Source: Alphaproteobacteria bacterium
GTDB taxonomy: Bacteria > Pseudomonadota > Alphaproteobacteria > Bin95
Reading direction: 5' to 3'
DNA: 64,000 nucleotides
NCBI GenBank assembly: GCA_963665325.3
Contig: OZ224045.1
Coordinates: 1,920,001 to 1,984,000, forward strand
This document shows positions 45,061-53,836 of the stretch, in pieces. The position numbers were made by a program, and so were the translations under genes. Every line of letters begins with the position of its first letter. Within the stretch, counting starts at the first letter, position 1. Under the pieces are notes generated by a model, which made no database searches, was not told the DNA's origin, and saw only the letters and a list, made by a program, of their open reading frames with translations.

Positions 45061-45954
45061 CTACCGCGTCGGGACGGGGTGGTCGCCTGAGTAGTCGTAG
45101 AAGCCGCGGCCGGCCTTGCGTCCGATCCAGCCCGCCTCGACATATTTCACCAGCAGCGGGCAGGGGCGGTATTTGCTGTCGGCGAGTCCGTCATAGAGCA
45201 CCTGCATCACCGCGAGGCAGGTGTCGAGCCCGATGAAATCCGCAAGTTCCAGCGGCCCCATCGGGTGGTTGGCGCCGAGGCGCATGCCGGTGTCGATGGC
45301 ATCGACGGAGCCTACGCCCTCGTAGAGCGTATAGACGGCCTCATTGATCATCGGCAGCAGGATGCGGTTGACGATGAAGGCCGGAAAGTCTTCCGCCGCT
45401 ACCGGCGTCTTGCCGAGGGAGAGCGCGAATTCCTTCACATGCTCGAAGGTATGGTCCTCGGTCGCGATGCCCCGGATCAGTTCGACCAGGGTCATCATCG
45501 GCACCGGGTTCATGAAATGCAGGCCGATGAACCGCTCGGGCCGGTCGGTGGTGGAGGCCAGCCGCGTGATCGAGATCGAGGAGGTGTTGGACGCGACGAT
45601 GGCGCCGTCCGCGAGATGCGGCAGCAGCGCCTTGAAGACCTCGCGTTTCACCGCCTCGTTCTCGGTGGCGGCCTCGATCACGATGTCGCAGTCCCGGAAG
45701 CGGGCATAGTCGGAGCCTGTGTCGATCCGCGCCAGCGCCTCGGCCTTCGCCGCCTCGTCGAACAGGCCCCGGCGCAATTGCCGGTCCATGTTGCCTCCGA
45801 TGACGTCGAGGCTGCGTTCCAGCGCCGCCTCCTGCACATCGACCAGCCGCACATCGAAGCCGGAAAGCGCCGCGACATGCGCGATGCCGCTGCCCATCTG
45901 CCCCGCGCCTATGACGCCGACCGTGCGGATGCGGTTGTCGAGGCCCCTCGGCAT
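45061..45954 (-). CDS. hbd: 3-hydroxybutyryl-CoA dehydrogenase
   Basis: GAGQMGSG, EAATE, SNTSS, HFMNP, HPMGPL. Confidence 0.93.
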   Translation of the reverse strand: MPRGLDNRIRTVGVIGAGQMGSGIAHVAALSGFDVRLVDVQEAALERSLDVIGGNMDRQLRRGLFDEAAKAEALARIDTGSDYARFRDCDIVIEAATENEAVKREVFKALLPHLADGAIVASNTSSISITRLASTTDRPERFIGLHFMNPVPMMTLVELIRGIATEDHTFEHVKEFALSLGKTPVAAEDFPAFIVNRILLPMINEAVYTLYEGVGSVDAIDTGMRLGANHPMGPLELADFIGLDTCLAVMQVLYDGLADSKYRPCPLLVKYVEAGWIGRKAGRGFYDYSGDHPVPTR

Positions 45955-45959
45955 GGCGG

Positions 45960-46913
45960 TCAATCGTTTTCCGCCTTGTATTCGGTGACCGCCTGGGTGA
46001 GTTCCGGCACCGCCTTGAACAGGTCGGCGACGAGCCCGTAATCGGCGACCTGGAAGATCGGCGCCTCTTCGTCCTTGTTGATGGCGACGATCACCCGGCT
46101 GTCCTTCATGCCGGCGAGATGCTGGATGGCGCCCGAAATGCCGACGGCGATGTAGAGCTCCGGCGCAACCACCTTGCCCGTCTGCCCGACCTGGTAGTCG
46201 TTCGGCACATAGCCCGCATCGACCGCGGCGCGCGAAGCTCCGACCGCCGCGCCCAGCTGGTCGGCCAGGGCTTCCAGGATGTTGAAGTTCTCGCCGGAGC
46301 CCATGCCGCGCCCGCCGGACACGACGATGCCGGCGGTGGTGAGTTCCGGACGCTCGGACTTGGTGAGCTCTCGCCCGACGAAGCTGGAAAGCCCGACGCT
46401 GCCGGCGCCGGACGCCGGCTCGACAGGAGCGGACCCGCCCTCGGCAGGGGCCGCATCGAACGCCGTCATACGCACGGTGATGAGCTTGACCGGGTCGCCG
46501 GACTGCACCTTCGCCATGGCGTTGCCCGCATAGATGGGCCGCACGAAGGTATCCGCCGACACGACTTCCGTGATGTCCGAAATCTGGGCGACGTCGAGCA
46601 GAGCCGCCGCTCGGGGCAGGATGTTCTTGCCGTTGGCGGTGGCCGGCGCGAGCACATGGCTGTAGTTGCCGGCGATATCGACCACGAGCTTCGCGACATT
46701 CTCCGCGAGCGCGTGTTCGTAAGCCCCGTCCTCGGCAATGAGCACCTTGGCGACGCCTGCTACCTGGGCGGCCGCCTCGGCCGCGGAGCCGCAACCCTGT
46801 CCGGCCACCAGCACATGCACGTCGGCGTCGATCTCGGCCGCTGCGGCGACGGCGTTGCGGGTGGCCGCTTTCAAGGTGGCGTTGTCGTGTTCGGCAATGA
46901 CGAGAACGCTCAT
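45960..46913 (-). CDS. etfA: Electron transfer flavoprotein alpha
   Basis: [26 protein letters not shown]. Confidence 0.97.
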   Translation of the reverse strand: MSVLVIAEHDNATLKAATRNAVAAAAEIDADVHVLVAGQGCGSAAEAAAQVAGVAKVLIAEDGAYEHALAENVAKLVVDIAGNYSHVLAPATANGKNILPRAAALLDVAQISDITEVVSADTFVRPIYAGNAMAKVQSGDPVKLITVRMTAFDAAPAEGGSAPVEPASGAGSVGLSSFVGRELTKSERPELTTAGIVVSGGRGMGSGENFNILEALADQLGAAVGASRAAVDAGYVPNDYQVGQTGKVVAPELYIAVGISGAIQHLAGMKDSRVIVAINKDEEAPIFQVADYGLVADLFKAVPELTQAVTEYKAEND

Positions 46914-46917
46914 GGGG

Positions 46918-47667
46918 TCAGATCACCTTCGCTTCGGTGGAGAGCTTCTGCACGAGCTCCTCGACGGTCTCGACCTTCACGCCGCCGGCGCGCTTCTCCG
47001 GTTCGCCGACATGCAGCACCTTGAGGCGCGGCGCGGTGTCGACGCCGAGGTCGGCCGGCTCGAAGCGGTCGATGGGCTTGCGCTTCGCCTTCATGATGTT
47101 GGGCAGGGAGGCGTAGCGCGGCTCGTTGAGGCGCAGGTCCACCGTCACCACCGTCGGCAGCGTGACCTCGACCGTTTCCAGCCCGCCATCGACCTCGCGC
47201 GTCACCTTGGCCTTGTCGCCATCTATCGCGACCTCGGAGGCGAAGGTCGCCTGCGACCAGCCGAGCAGGGCGGAGAGCATCTGGCCCGTCTGGTTGCAGT
47301 CGTCGTCGATGGCCTGCTTGCCGAGAATGACCATCCCCGGCTCTTCCTTCTCGCAGATCGCCTTGAGCATCTTGGCGACGGCGAGCGGCTCGACCTCGTC
47401 CTCGGTCGTCACCAGGATACCCCGGTCCGCGCCCATGGCGAGCGCCGTGCGGATCGTCTCCTGGCACTGCTGCACGCCGATGGAGACCGCAACGATTTCC
47501 TCGGCGGAGCCGTTTTCCTTCATGCGGATCGCCTGTTCGACGGAGATCTCGTCGAACGGGTTCATCGACATCTTCACATTCCGGGTCTCGACGCCGGTGC
47601 CGTCCGGCTTCACCCGGATCTTCACATTGTAGTCGATGACGCGCTTGACGGGGACGAGGACCTTCAA
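46918..47667 (-). CDS. etfB: Electron transfer flavoprotein beta
   Basis: [21 protein letters not shown]; TTG start with GGAGG RBS. Confidence 0.96.
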   Translation of the reverse strand: MKVLVPVKRVIDYNVKIRVKPDGTGVETRNVKMSMNPFDEISVEQAIRMKENGSAEEIVAVSIGVQQCQETIRTALAMGADRGILVTTEDEVEPLAVAKMLKAICEKEEPGMVILGKQAIDDDCNQTGQMLSALLGWSQATFASEVAIDGDKAKVTREVDGGLETVEVTLPTVVTVDLRLNEPRYASLPNIMKAKRKPIDRFEPADLGVDTAPRLKVLHVGEPEKRAGGVKVETVEELVQKLSTEAKVI

Positions 47668-47779
47668 GGGGACCTCCGCAGGCTCTGGTTGAAGGGCAAG
47701 GGCGGCTTTTAGGGTTGCGGTGCCGGGCAAGTCAAGCGGCGCGGGGCATTTTGCGGTGCAGCAATCCGCCGCGCCGAGG

Positions 47780-48643
47780 TCAGGCGTGCCCGGCCCCCGG
47801 CAGGTCCTCGGGCCAGATGGCGGCGGGCCCCGTGCCGGGCCAGCCGATGGGGCCGCCGGCCTTCATGGCGGACTCCACCGGCGCGATGCGCTTGTCCCAG
47901 AGCGCGGCGATGATCCGGCGCCCGCTAAAGCCGTCCGAAATCTCGGAGGCGAGGAACCGGACGGGCGGGGCCATCACCAAGGGGGAGAGCAGGGCGTCCC
48001 TGTCCGGCGCGCTCTCCTCCGTCACCATGGGCGTGTCGGTCGGCCCGCCGGGCGTGAGCACATTCACGGTGATGCCGCTGCCCTCCAGCTCGCCCGCGAA
48101 CTGGGCCGACATCGCCTCCAGCGCCGCCTTCGATGCGCCATAGGGAAAGAACTGCGGCCGCAGCATTGTCGAGAGCGAGGTGGTGACATTGACGATCCGG
48201 CCCCAGCCGCGCTCGCGCATGAAGGAAACGGCGGCCTGCATGAAGACGAAGGGCGCGGTGGTATGGACGGCAAGAAAACGGCGCCAGTCCTCCGGCGAAA
48301 CCTCGCTGAACCCGGCGAGGGGGCGAAGGTGGTAGTCGGGGCGCAGCGTGCTCATGCCGATGCCGGCATTGTTGATGAGGATGTCCAGCCGCCCGAAACG
48401 CTCCGCCGCGCGTCCTGCGGCTTCCGCGCAGGCTTCCTCGTCGGTGAGGTCCAGCGCCAGCGGCAGCACGACGCCGTCGCCGTGCTTCTGCCAGAGGCGG
48501 TTCGTCAGCGCCTGGAGGCGTTCCTCGTCCCGGTCCACCAGCGCCAGCCGATGCCCGTCACCCGCAAGCGCCTCCGCCATCGCCGTGCCGAGGCCGCCGG
48601 CAGCGCCCGTCAGCAATACGGTCTTCGCGAAGGACGGGCTCAC
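47780..48643 (-). CDS. SDR oxidoreductase
   Basis: [18 protein letters not shown]; GTG start overlaps the upstream stop. Confidence 0.88.
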   Translation of the reverse strand: MSPSFAKTVLLTGAAGGLGTAMAEALAGDGHRLALVDRDEERLQALTNRLWQKHGDGVVLPLALDLTDEEACAEAAGRAAERFGRLDILINNAGIGMSTLRPDYHLRPLAGFSEVSPEDWRRFLAVHTTAPFVFMQAAVSFMRERGWGRIVNVTTSLSTMLRPQFFPYGASKAALEAMSAQFAGELEGSGITVNVLTPGGPTDTPMVTEESAPDRDALLSPLVMAPPVRFLASEISDGFSGRRIIAALWDKRIAPVESAMKAGGPIGWPGTGPAAIWPEDLPGAGHA

Positions 48644-49488
48644 GCAGGCCGTTCCCCGTATGAGATGGTGCGCAGCATGATCCGGCGTTCGTCGGGCGCG
48701 TAGTCGCCGGCGCCGCGGTGCATGGTGGCGCGCTCGTCCCACATCACCACATCTCCGGGCCGCCAGCGATGATGATAGACGAACTCGTCCTTCGTGGCGT
48801 GGTCCAGCAGGCCGTTCAGCAGCGTCTCGCCTTCCTCGCCCTCGATCTCGACGAACCCGAAGGTGTGGATGGAGTTGACATAGAGCATCTTGCGCCCGCT
48901 TTCGGGATGCGTCCGCACGACCGGATGATGCACCTCCGGCAGGTCCCCCTTCTGGAAGTCCTTGAGCGGCACGGTCGCGTTGCCGCCGGGACCGGCGGCG
49001 TAGAGATGGCGCCCGGTCAGGCCGCCGATACGCTCCCGCGTCTCGTCCGGCAGCGTCTCATAGGCGCGGATCATGTTGCAGAACATCGTGCCGCCGCCCT
49101 TGGAGGGGATTTCCTTGGCGTGCAGGATCGCGACCGCCGGCGGACGCTCCTCGAAGGTGCCGTCGGAATGCCAGGTCGTGGCGCGCTTGTAGCCGAGTGC
49201 GTCGAGGGAGCCGTCCTTCTTCACATTGGTGAGCCAGGAGACTTCCGGCACCTCCTCATGGCGGTAGTCGATCAGCACATGGAGCTGGAGCGGCCCGAAG
49301 CGCCGGCCGACCGCGGCCACCTTGTGCGCGTCGAGGTCCTGGCCGCGGAACACCAGCACCGGGTTCTGCCAGAAATGCTCCTTGATTTCGCCGAAGACCT
49401 CGTCGGAAATCGGGGCCGAAAGATCGACACCCGTCACTTCAAGGCCGAGCGCGTCGCCGAGAGGGCGGGTTGCGAGTTGTTGCGTCAT
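48640..49488 (-). CDS. TauD/TfdA family Fe(II)/2-oxoglutarate dioxygenase
   Basis: WHSDG (HxD), HPVVRTHP, WDERATMHR. Confidence 0.92.
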   Translation of the reverse strand: MTQQLATRPLGDALGLEVTGVDLSAPISDEVFGEIKEHFWQNPVLVFRGQDLDAHKVAAVGRRFGPLQLHVLIDYRHEEVPEVSWLTNVKKDGSLDALGYKRATTWHSDGTFEERPPAVAILHAKEIPSKGGGTMFCNMIRAYETLPDETRERIGGLTGRHLYAAGPGGNATVPLKDFQKGDLPEVHHPVVRTHPESGRKMLYVNSIHTFGFVEIEGEEGETLLNGLLDHATKDEFVYHHRWRPGDVVMWDERATMHRGAGDYAPDERRIMLRTISYGERPA

Positions 49489-49536
49489 GTCCTGCCTCTA
49501 TGCTGTCCCTTTTGCTGCTTTCCTGATCGGGTGCCC

Positions 49537-50235
49537 TCAGGCGAAACCCGCCGAGGCGCTCATCGCAATGGTCCCCTCCGGCGTCACTGCCCAGACCTCG
49601 CAGCCGTCTTCGGTCGGCTTGCCGACCAGGCGCACGGGCCCATCGATGAAGAGCGGCGCCCGCGCCCGCATGTCGAAGGAGGTCATCCGCTTCGGCGCCA
49701 TGCAGTCGCGGGCGAAGTTCATCAGGTAGCTTTGCGAGAGCGGCCCGTGGACGACCAGCGCCGGATAGCCCTCCACCTCCTTGGCCCAAACGGCGTCGTA
49801 ATGGATGCGGTGGGCGTTGAAGGTGAGCGCCGAGAAGCGGAAGAGGGTGACTTCGTCCGGGCGCTCTTCCGCCTTCCAGACGGTGTCATCCGGCGGCGCG
49901 GCGCGCTTCGGCGCGCTGTTGGCGGCGCCGGCGGGCGTCTCCTCTCGATAGACCGTGTCGCGCTGCTCCACCACGGCGAGGCCGCGCGGCGTGGAGATGC
50001 GGCTTTCGACCGTCGCAAAGGCGAGGCGGCCGGTGCTGCCGTCCTTGACGGTCAGGTCCACAAGCTCCGTCTCCCGGTGCAGACGGTCGCCGACGCGGAT
50101 CGGTTCGTGGAAGGCGAGGCGGGTGCCGGCGTACATGCGGCGCGGAAAGGGCATTTCCGGAACCACGCCGGAGGAGGCGGGCGCCCCGTCGGCCCCGAGC
50201 TCTGCCTGCTCGAAGCGCGGCAGGAAATAGAGCAT
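49537..50235 (-). pseudogene. MaoC-like double hot-dog acyl-CoA dehydratase (itaconyl/mesaconyl-C4-CoA hydratase-like), probably 5'-truncated
   Basis: PRRMYAG, LFRFSALTFNAHRIHYD, LVVHGPL. Similarity begins abruptly at MLYFLP; the family normally has a further N-terminal segment. Confidence 0.7.
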
Positions 50236-50269
50236 ATTCCGACCACCACAGCTTTCCCGGCAGGAACGC

Positions 50270-52018
50270 ATGGGAGGGAAGCTGTTGGATTCGCCGCACG
50301 TTGTCAACAGGCCGTCATCGGCGCGTGTCGGAAGCATGCTGCTTTCGCTGTCGCTGGGTGCTGTGCTGCTTGGCGGCTGCGGCTGGTTCGACCAGGCCGA
50401 GGTCGCGCGGGATGCGGCGTCGGTAGAGACCCGGCTGGGTTCGGTCGGCTCGCTGAAGCCGGACAGGCCCGGCTTCCGCTCTCTCACGCAATCCAGGGAC
50501 CCCTATCTGGCGTTGCGGCCGGTGGCGGAGGATCGTTCGCTCCTGCCCGAGGACCTGCGCTCGGAGACCGGGATCGTGGTCACGCTCGGCGACGAGCCGG
50601 GCGACGAGGTTCTGGCGCGGCGGATATCGGATGCGGCCGGGATCGGGGTCCGCCTGGCCGGCGTCCGCTGGCAACGGCCAGGCGACGAGGCCGGGACGCT
50701 GGAAGCGCCGGCCGAGAGCGTGCGCGTGGACTGGCTCTCGTCCTGGTCCGACGAGCTGGCGGGCGAGGCCGGCGTATGGTCGGGTCCGCTGGACCGGCTG
50801 CTGGATGCCTGGACGCAGGCTGCGGGCTACCGGTGGCAATATGACGACGAGGTGGCGCTGGTCGAGGTCGTACGGTCCGAGACGCGCATCTTCGGCGTTC
50901 ACGCCCTGCTCGGCAGCCAGAAATACAATGTGACCACGACGACGGTCGGCGCCGGCGGCGAAGCCACGTCCGGGTCCTCGTCGCAGTCGATCTCCTCGGA
51001 GATGACCTACGACCCCTGGCAGGAGATCGGGCCGCAGGCGGTCGCGGCGGCGGGCGCGGAAGGGACGGTCTCGATTTCGGCGGCGTCCGCGACGGTGACG
51101 GCGACCGGCCTGCCCCGGGCGGTCGAGCGGGTGCGGGCGTATCTGGAGCATGTGAACCGTCATGTGCTGCGGCCGGTGACGCTCTCGGTGCATCTCTACT
51201 CGGTGCGCTTCGACAAGGGCTCGGACTACGAAGTGGGGCTGACGGGCATCCTGCCGGAGGCGTTCGGGTCCAACTTCGCGGTCGGCGTCGACGGCGGCAC
51301 GATTTCCGTGGTGAGGCCGACATCGGTCGGGGCCTCGTCCCTGCGCGCGACGGTGAATGCTCTGAGGAAGGTCGGCACGGCCTCGCGGGTGCTGTCGGTG
51401 GACGTGCCGACGCTGAACGGCCGCCCGGCGCAGTTCTACGACCTGTTCGACCAGGCCTATCTGCAGCAGGTCAGCACCACGATCGAGGACGGCGTGCGGG
51501 CGGTGGAGCTGACGCCGGGCACGGTATCCTCGGGCTTCGGGCTCAGCTTCGTCGCGCGGATCGTGGCGCCGGACGAGGTTCTGGCGCGCATTACGGCCAC
51601 CATTCAGGACCGTCCGGAGTTCGCGGCCTTCGGGGCTGCGGGCAACCAGATCCAGCTTCCTTCTGGCGGTCGGCGCGCGATCGTGGTGACACAGCGCATC
51701 GCGAGGGGCGAGACGCTCCTCCTCACGGGCTTCCGCGACCGGTCGTCCTCGGGCGAGCGGTCGGGCACGTTCCATCCGGCGGTGCCGCTGCCGGAGGGCG
51801 GCGCGGATGCGGCCATCGCGCGTATCGAGACGGCTCTGCTGGTGACGGCCGATATCGGGACGCCGCTCGGCATATCGGAGCGGAGGCTCGGCACGGGGTT
51901 CCCGGCCGGCGGTCCGGTCGCCAAGGTCGAGAGCGGCAATGCGGCCCCGGCGGACCCGGCCCTCCAGGATGCAGTCTCTCCGGCGGCAGGCGGCGCGGCC
52001 CGGGAGGCTGGCGGATGA
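50270..52018 (+). CDS. pilN: Type IVb pilus lipoprotein secretin (PilN/BfpB-like)
   Basis: Lipobox LLGGC; WSGPLDRLLD; PTLNGRPAQ..QAYLQQVSTT..LTPGTVSSGF; GETLLLTGF. Confidence 0.8.
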   Translation: MGGKLLDSPHVVNRPSSARVGSMLLSLSLGAVLLGGCGWFDQAEVARDAASVETRLGSVGSLKPDRPGFRSLTQSRDPYLALRPVAEDRSLLPEDLRSETGIVVTLGDEPGDEVLARRISDAAGIGVRLAGVRWQRPGDEAGTLEAPAESVRVDWLSSWSDELAGEAGVWSGPLDRLLDAWTQAAGYRWQYDDEVALVEVVRSETRIFGVHALLGSQKYNVTTTTVGAGGEATSGSSSQSISSEMTYDPWQEIGPQAVAAAGAEGTVSISAASATVTATGLPRAVERVRAYLEHVNRHVLRPVTLSVHLYSVRFDKGSDYEVGLTGILPEAFGSNFAVGVDGGTISVVRPTSVGASSLRATVNALRKVGTASRVLSVDVPTLNGRPAQFYDLFDQAYLQQVSTTIEDGVRAVELTPGTVSSGFGLSFVARIVAPDEVLARITATIQDRPEFAAFGAAGNQIQLPSGGRRAIVVTQRIARGETLLLTGFRDRSSSGERSGTFHPAVPLPEGGADAAIARIETALLVTADIGTPLGISERRLGTGFPAGGPVAKVESGNAAPADPALQDAVSPAAGGAAREAGG

Positions 52019-53310
52019 GTGTGCTTGTCGTCGGCGGTCACCGTTTCGCGGCCGGTCTCGATTGGGAGCGGGAGGTCCTGCGCGGGGGCAAGGCGGCGAA
52101 GGCGGCGCGCGACCGGGGCCATCGCTGGACGGTCGAGCTCGGCGGGCAGACGGGGTTCCTCGGCGACATAGAGAACCCCGGCGGCCTGGCGCCGCTGGCG
52201 GGCGCGCTCGTGGAGTATGTGCGCAAGCGCCCGGAGGGCAGGTCGCCCTGGACGGCGTTCATCGAGGAGGACGGCGAGGGCGATGGGCCGAAGCGGGTCG
52301 GGGTGGTGCGCAGTTCGGGCGGCGCGATCCTTCCCGGGGGCGACGGCGTGTTTGCGTCGGCCCCGGATGCGCAGAGGGCGCTCGGGACGGGCGCCACCCA
52401 GGGCGTTCGCATTCTCGCCACGCCGGGCCTGGCGGAGCTGTTCGAGGAAGCGGCGACCGTCGAGCCGTCGAGCATCGCGGCTGCCGCCAAGGACCTGCCG
52501 GTCCTGGCCGAGGCGCCGAAGGGGAGCCTGTCGAAGGCCGCGGCCTGGGCGGCGGCGCTGCTGCTTGTTGTCGGCGGGGCGGCATATGCGGGCCTGTTCC
52601 ACTATGACGACATTCTGGAGCTGGCCGGATACGGGAAGAAGGAACCGGAGGCGCCGCCGACGGTCGAGGCGGTTGTGGTGACGCCGGCGTTCCTGCGCTC
52701 CTGCCAGGCGGGCTGGGACGGCCTCAGGGTGCGCATGGCGGGGTTCGACCGGCGGGCCGTGGTCTGCCATCCGAGGTTTGCCGGGAGCGAGACGGGCGCC
52801 TCGCCGGGCTTCCTGATGGGCCGGCCCGTTCTGGAGGTCCGTTGGGAGCTCAGGAAAGGCCTCGACCCGCGCGTCTACGAACCGATGGCCCGGGACATGC
52901 TGAGCGGTTGGGCGAAGGCGTTCATCGACGACAACGGCGCATCGGTTGCGCTTGTCGCGCTGCCTTCGGTGCTCGAGCAGCACGACCCGGAGGCCGGCCA
53001 CGCGCTGGAGCCGGAACAGTTCCGGGACCTTCTGGACCGGACGCTGGCGCTCCGGGGCTTCGATATCGAATACACGGAGTTCGGCGCGGACGCCGAAGCG
53101 CTGCTCGGCACCGGCAGGCCGCTCAGGGAAGCGGTGGCGATGCTGTCCGCCATGAAGGGCGTCGAGGTCGCCTCGGTCTCCTGGAGCGAAGAGGGCGGCT
53201 GGCGGTTCGGCGTCAGGCGGACCCGATCATTCATGATGCTGGAGAGCGAGTTCGACGCGCTGCGCCAGGCGGGCGCGGCGGCGGATCGCGCAACGGGGAG
53301 GTCCGGATGA
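52015..53310 (+). CDS. pilO: Type IVb pilus accessory protein PilO-like
   Basis: N-terminal FAAGLDW motif, ILPGGDGVF, central TM; ATGA-coupled to pilN as in R64-type operons. Confidence 0.6.
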   Translation: MSVLVVGGHRFAAGLDWEREVLRGGKAAKAARDRGHRWTVELGGQTGFLGDIENPGGLAPLAGALVEYVRKRPEGRSPWTAFIEEDGEGDGPKRVGVVRSSGGAILPGGDGVFASAPDAQRALGTGATQGVRILATPGLAELFEEAATVEPSSIAAAAKDLPVLAEAPKGSLSKAAAWAAALLLVVGGAAYAGLFHYDDILELAGYGKKEPEAPPTVEAVVVTPAFLRSCQAGWDGLRVRMAGFDRRAVVCHPRFAGSETGASPGFLMGRPVLEVRWELRKGLDPRVYEPMARDMLSGWAKAFIDDNGASVALVALPSVLEQHDPEAGHALEPEQFRDLLDRTLALRGFDIEYTEFGADAEALLGTGRPLREAVAMLSAMKGVEVASVSWSEEGGWRFGVRRTRSFMMLESEFDALRQAGAAADRATGRSG

Positions 53311-53365
53311 TGCGCCCGGGAGCTCCGATCCTCTTGACGGCTGCCGTCGTGCCGGGCCCTGCGGG

Positions 53366-53779
53366 TCAGGGCAGGTATTTGATGGCGAAGACGGCGAGGC
53401 AGGTGAGCGCGGCCATGGCGGCGAAGAAGCGCCAGAACAGCCGGCCCATGCGCCGGTCGGTCTCGGCTGCGGTCTCGTTGAGGCGGTGCTCGGTCGCGTT
53501 GAACTGCCGGAGGACAGATTCGATGCGCCGGTCGGATTTCGCGAAGCGTTCCATGAGCCGCTTTTCGCTGGCGGCGATATTGCGGTCGGTCGCGGCGCCG
53601 GCTTCGAGCAGGGTGGTCCGGAGCGCGTCGAGAGCGGCTTCGATCTCGGCCCCGTTCACCGGCTCGCCGGCAGCGGCGGCGGCGTGGAGCTGGAGGGCGA
53701 CCGCCCGGGCCTTCTGCGGCTCTATCCCGGCGTCCGCGAGCGTGCCGGCTGCGGCGACAATATCGAACGGCTCGGCCAT
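53366..53779 (-). CDS. DUF1640/CCDC90-like protein
   Basis: MAEPFDIVAAAGTLADAGIEPQKARAVA..coiled coil..LFWRFFAAMAALTCLAVFA. Confidence 0.7.
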   Translation of the reverse strand: MAEPFDIVAAAGTLADAGIEPQKARAVALQLHAAAAAGEPVNGAEIEAALDALRTTLLEAGAATDRNIAASEKRLMERFAKSDRRIESVLRQFNATEHRLNETAAETDRRMGRLFWRFFAAMAALTCLAVFAIKYLP

Positions 53780-53836
53780 GGCGGCGTCCTGTGCTGCGGG
53801 GCGGGTCCGGGGCGGACCGGCGGGAGAGCGGACATT

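Noticed and set aside
45061-46794. Apparent 577-aa extended hydroxyacyl-CoA dehydrogenase
   Set aside because: The extension is an alternate frame of etfA; the real start is at 45954
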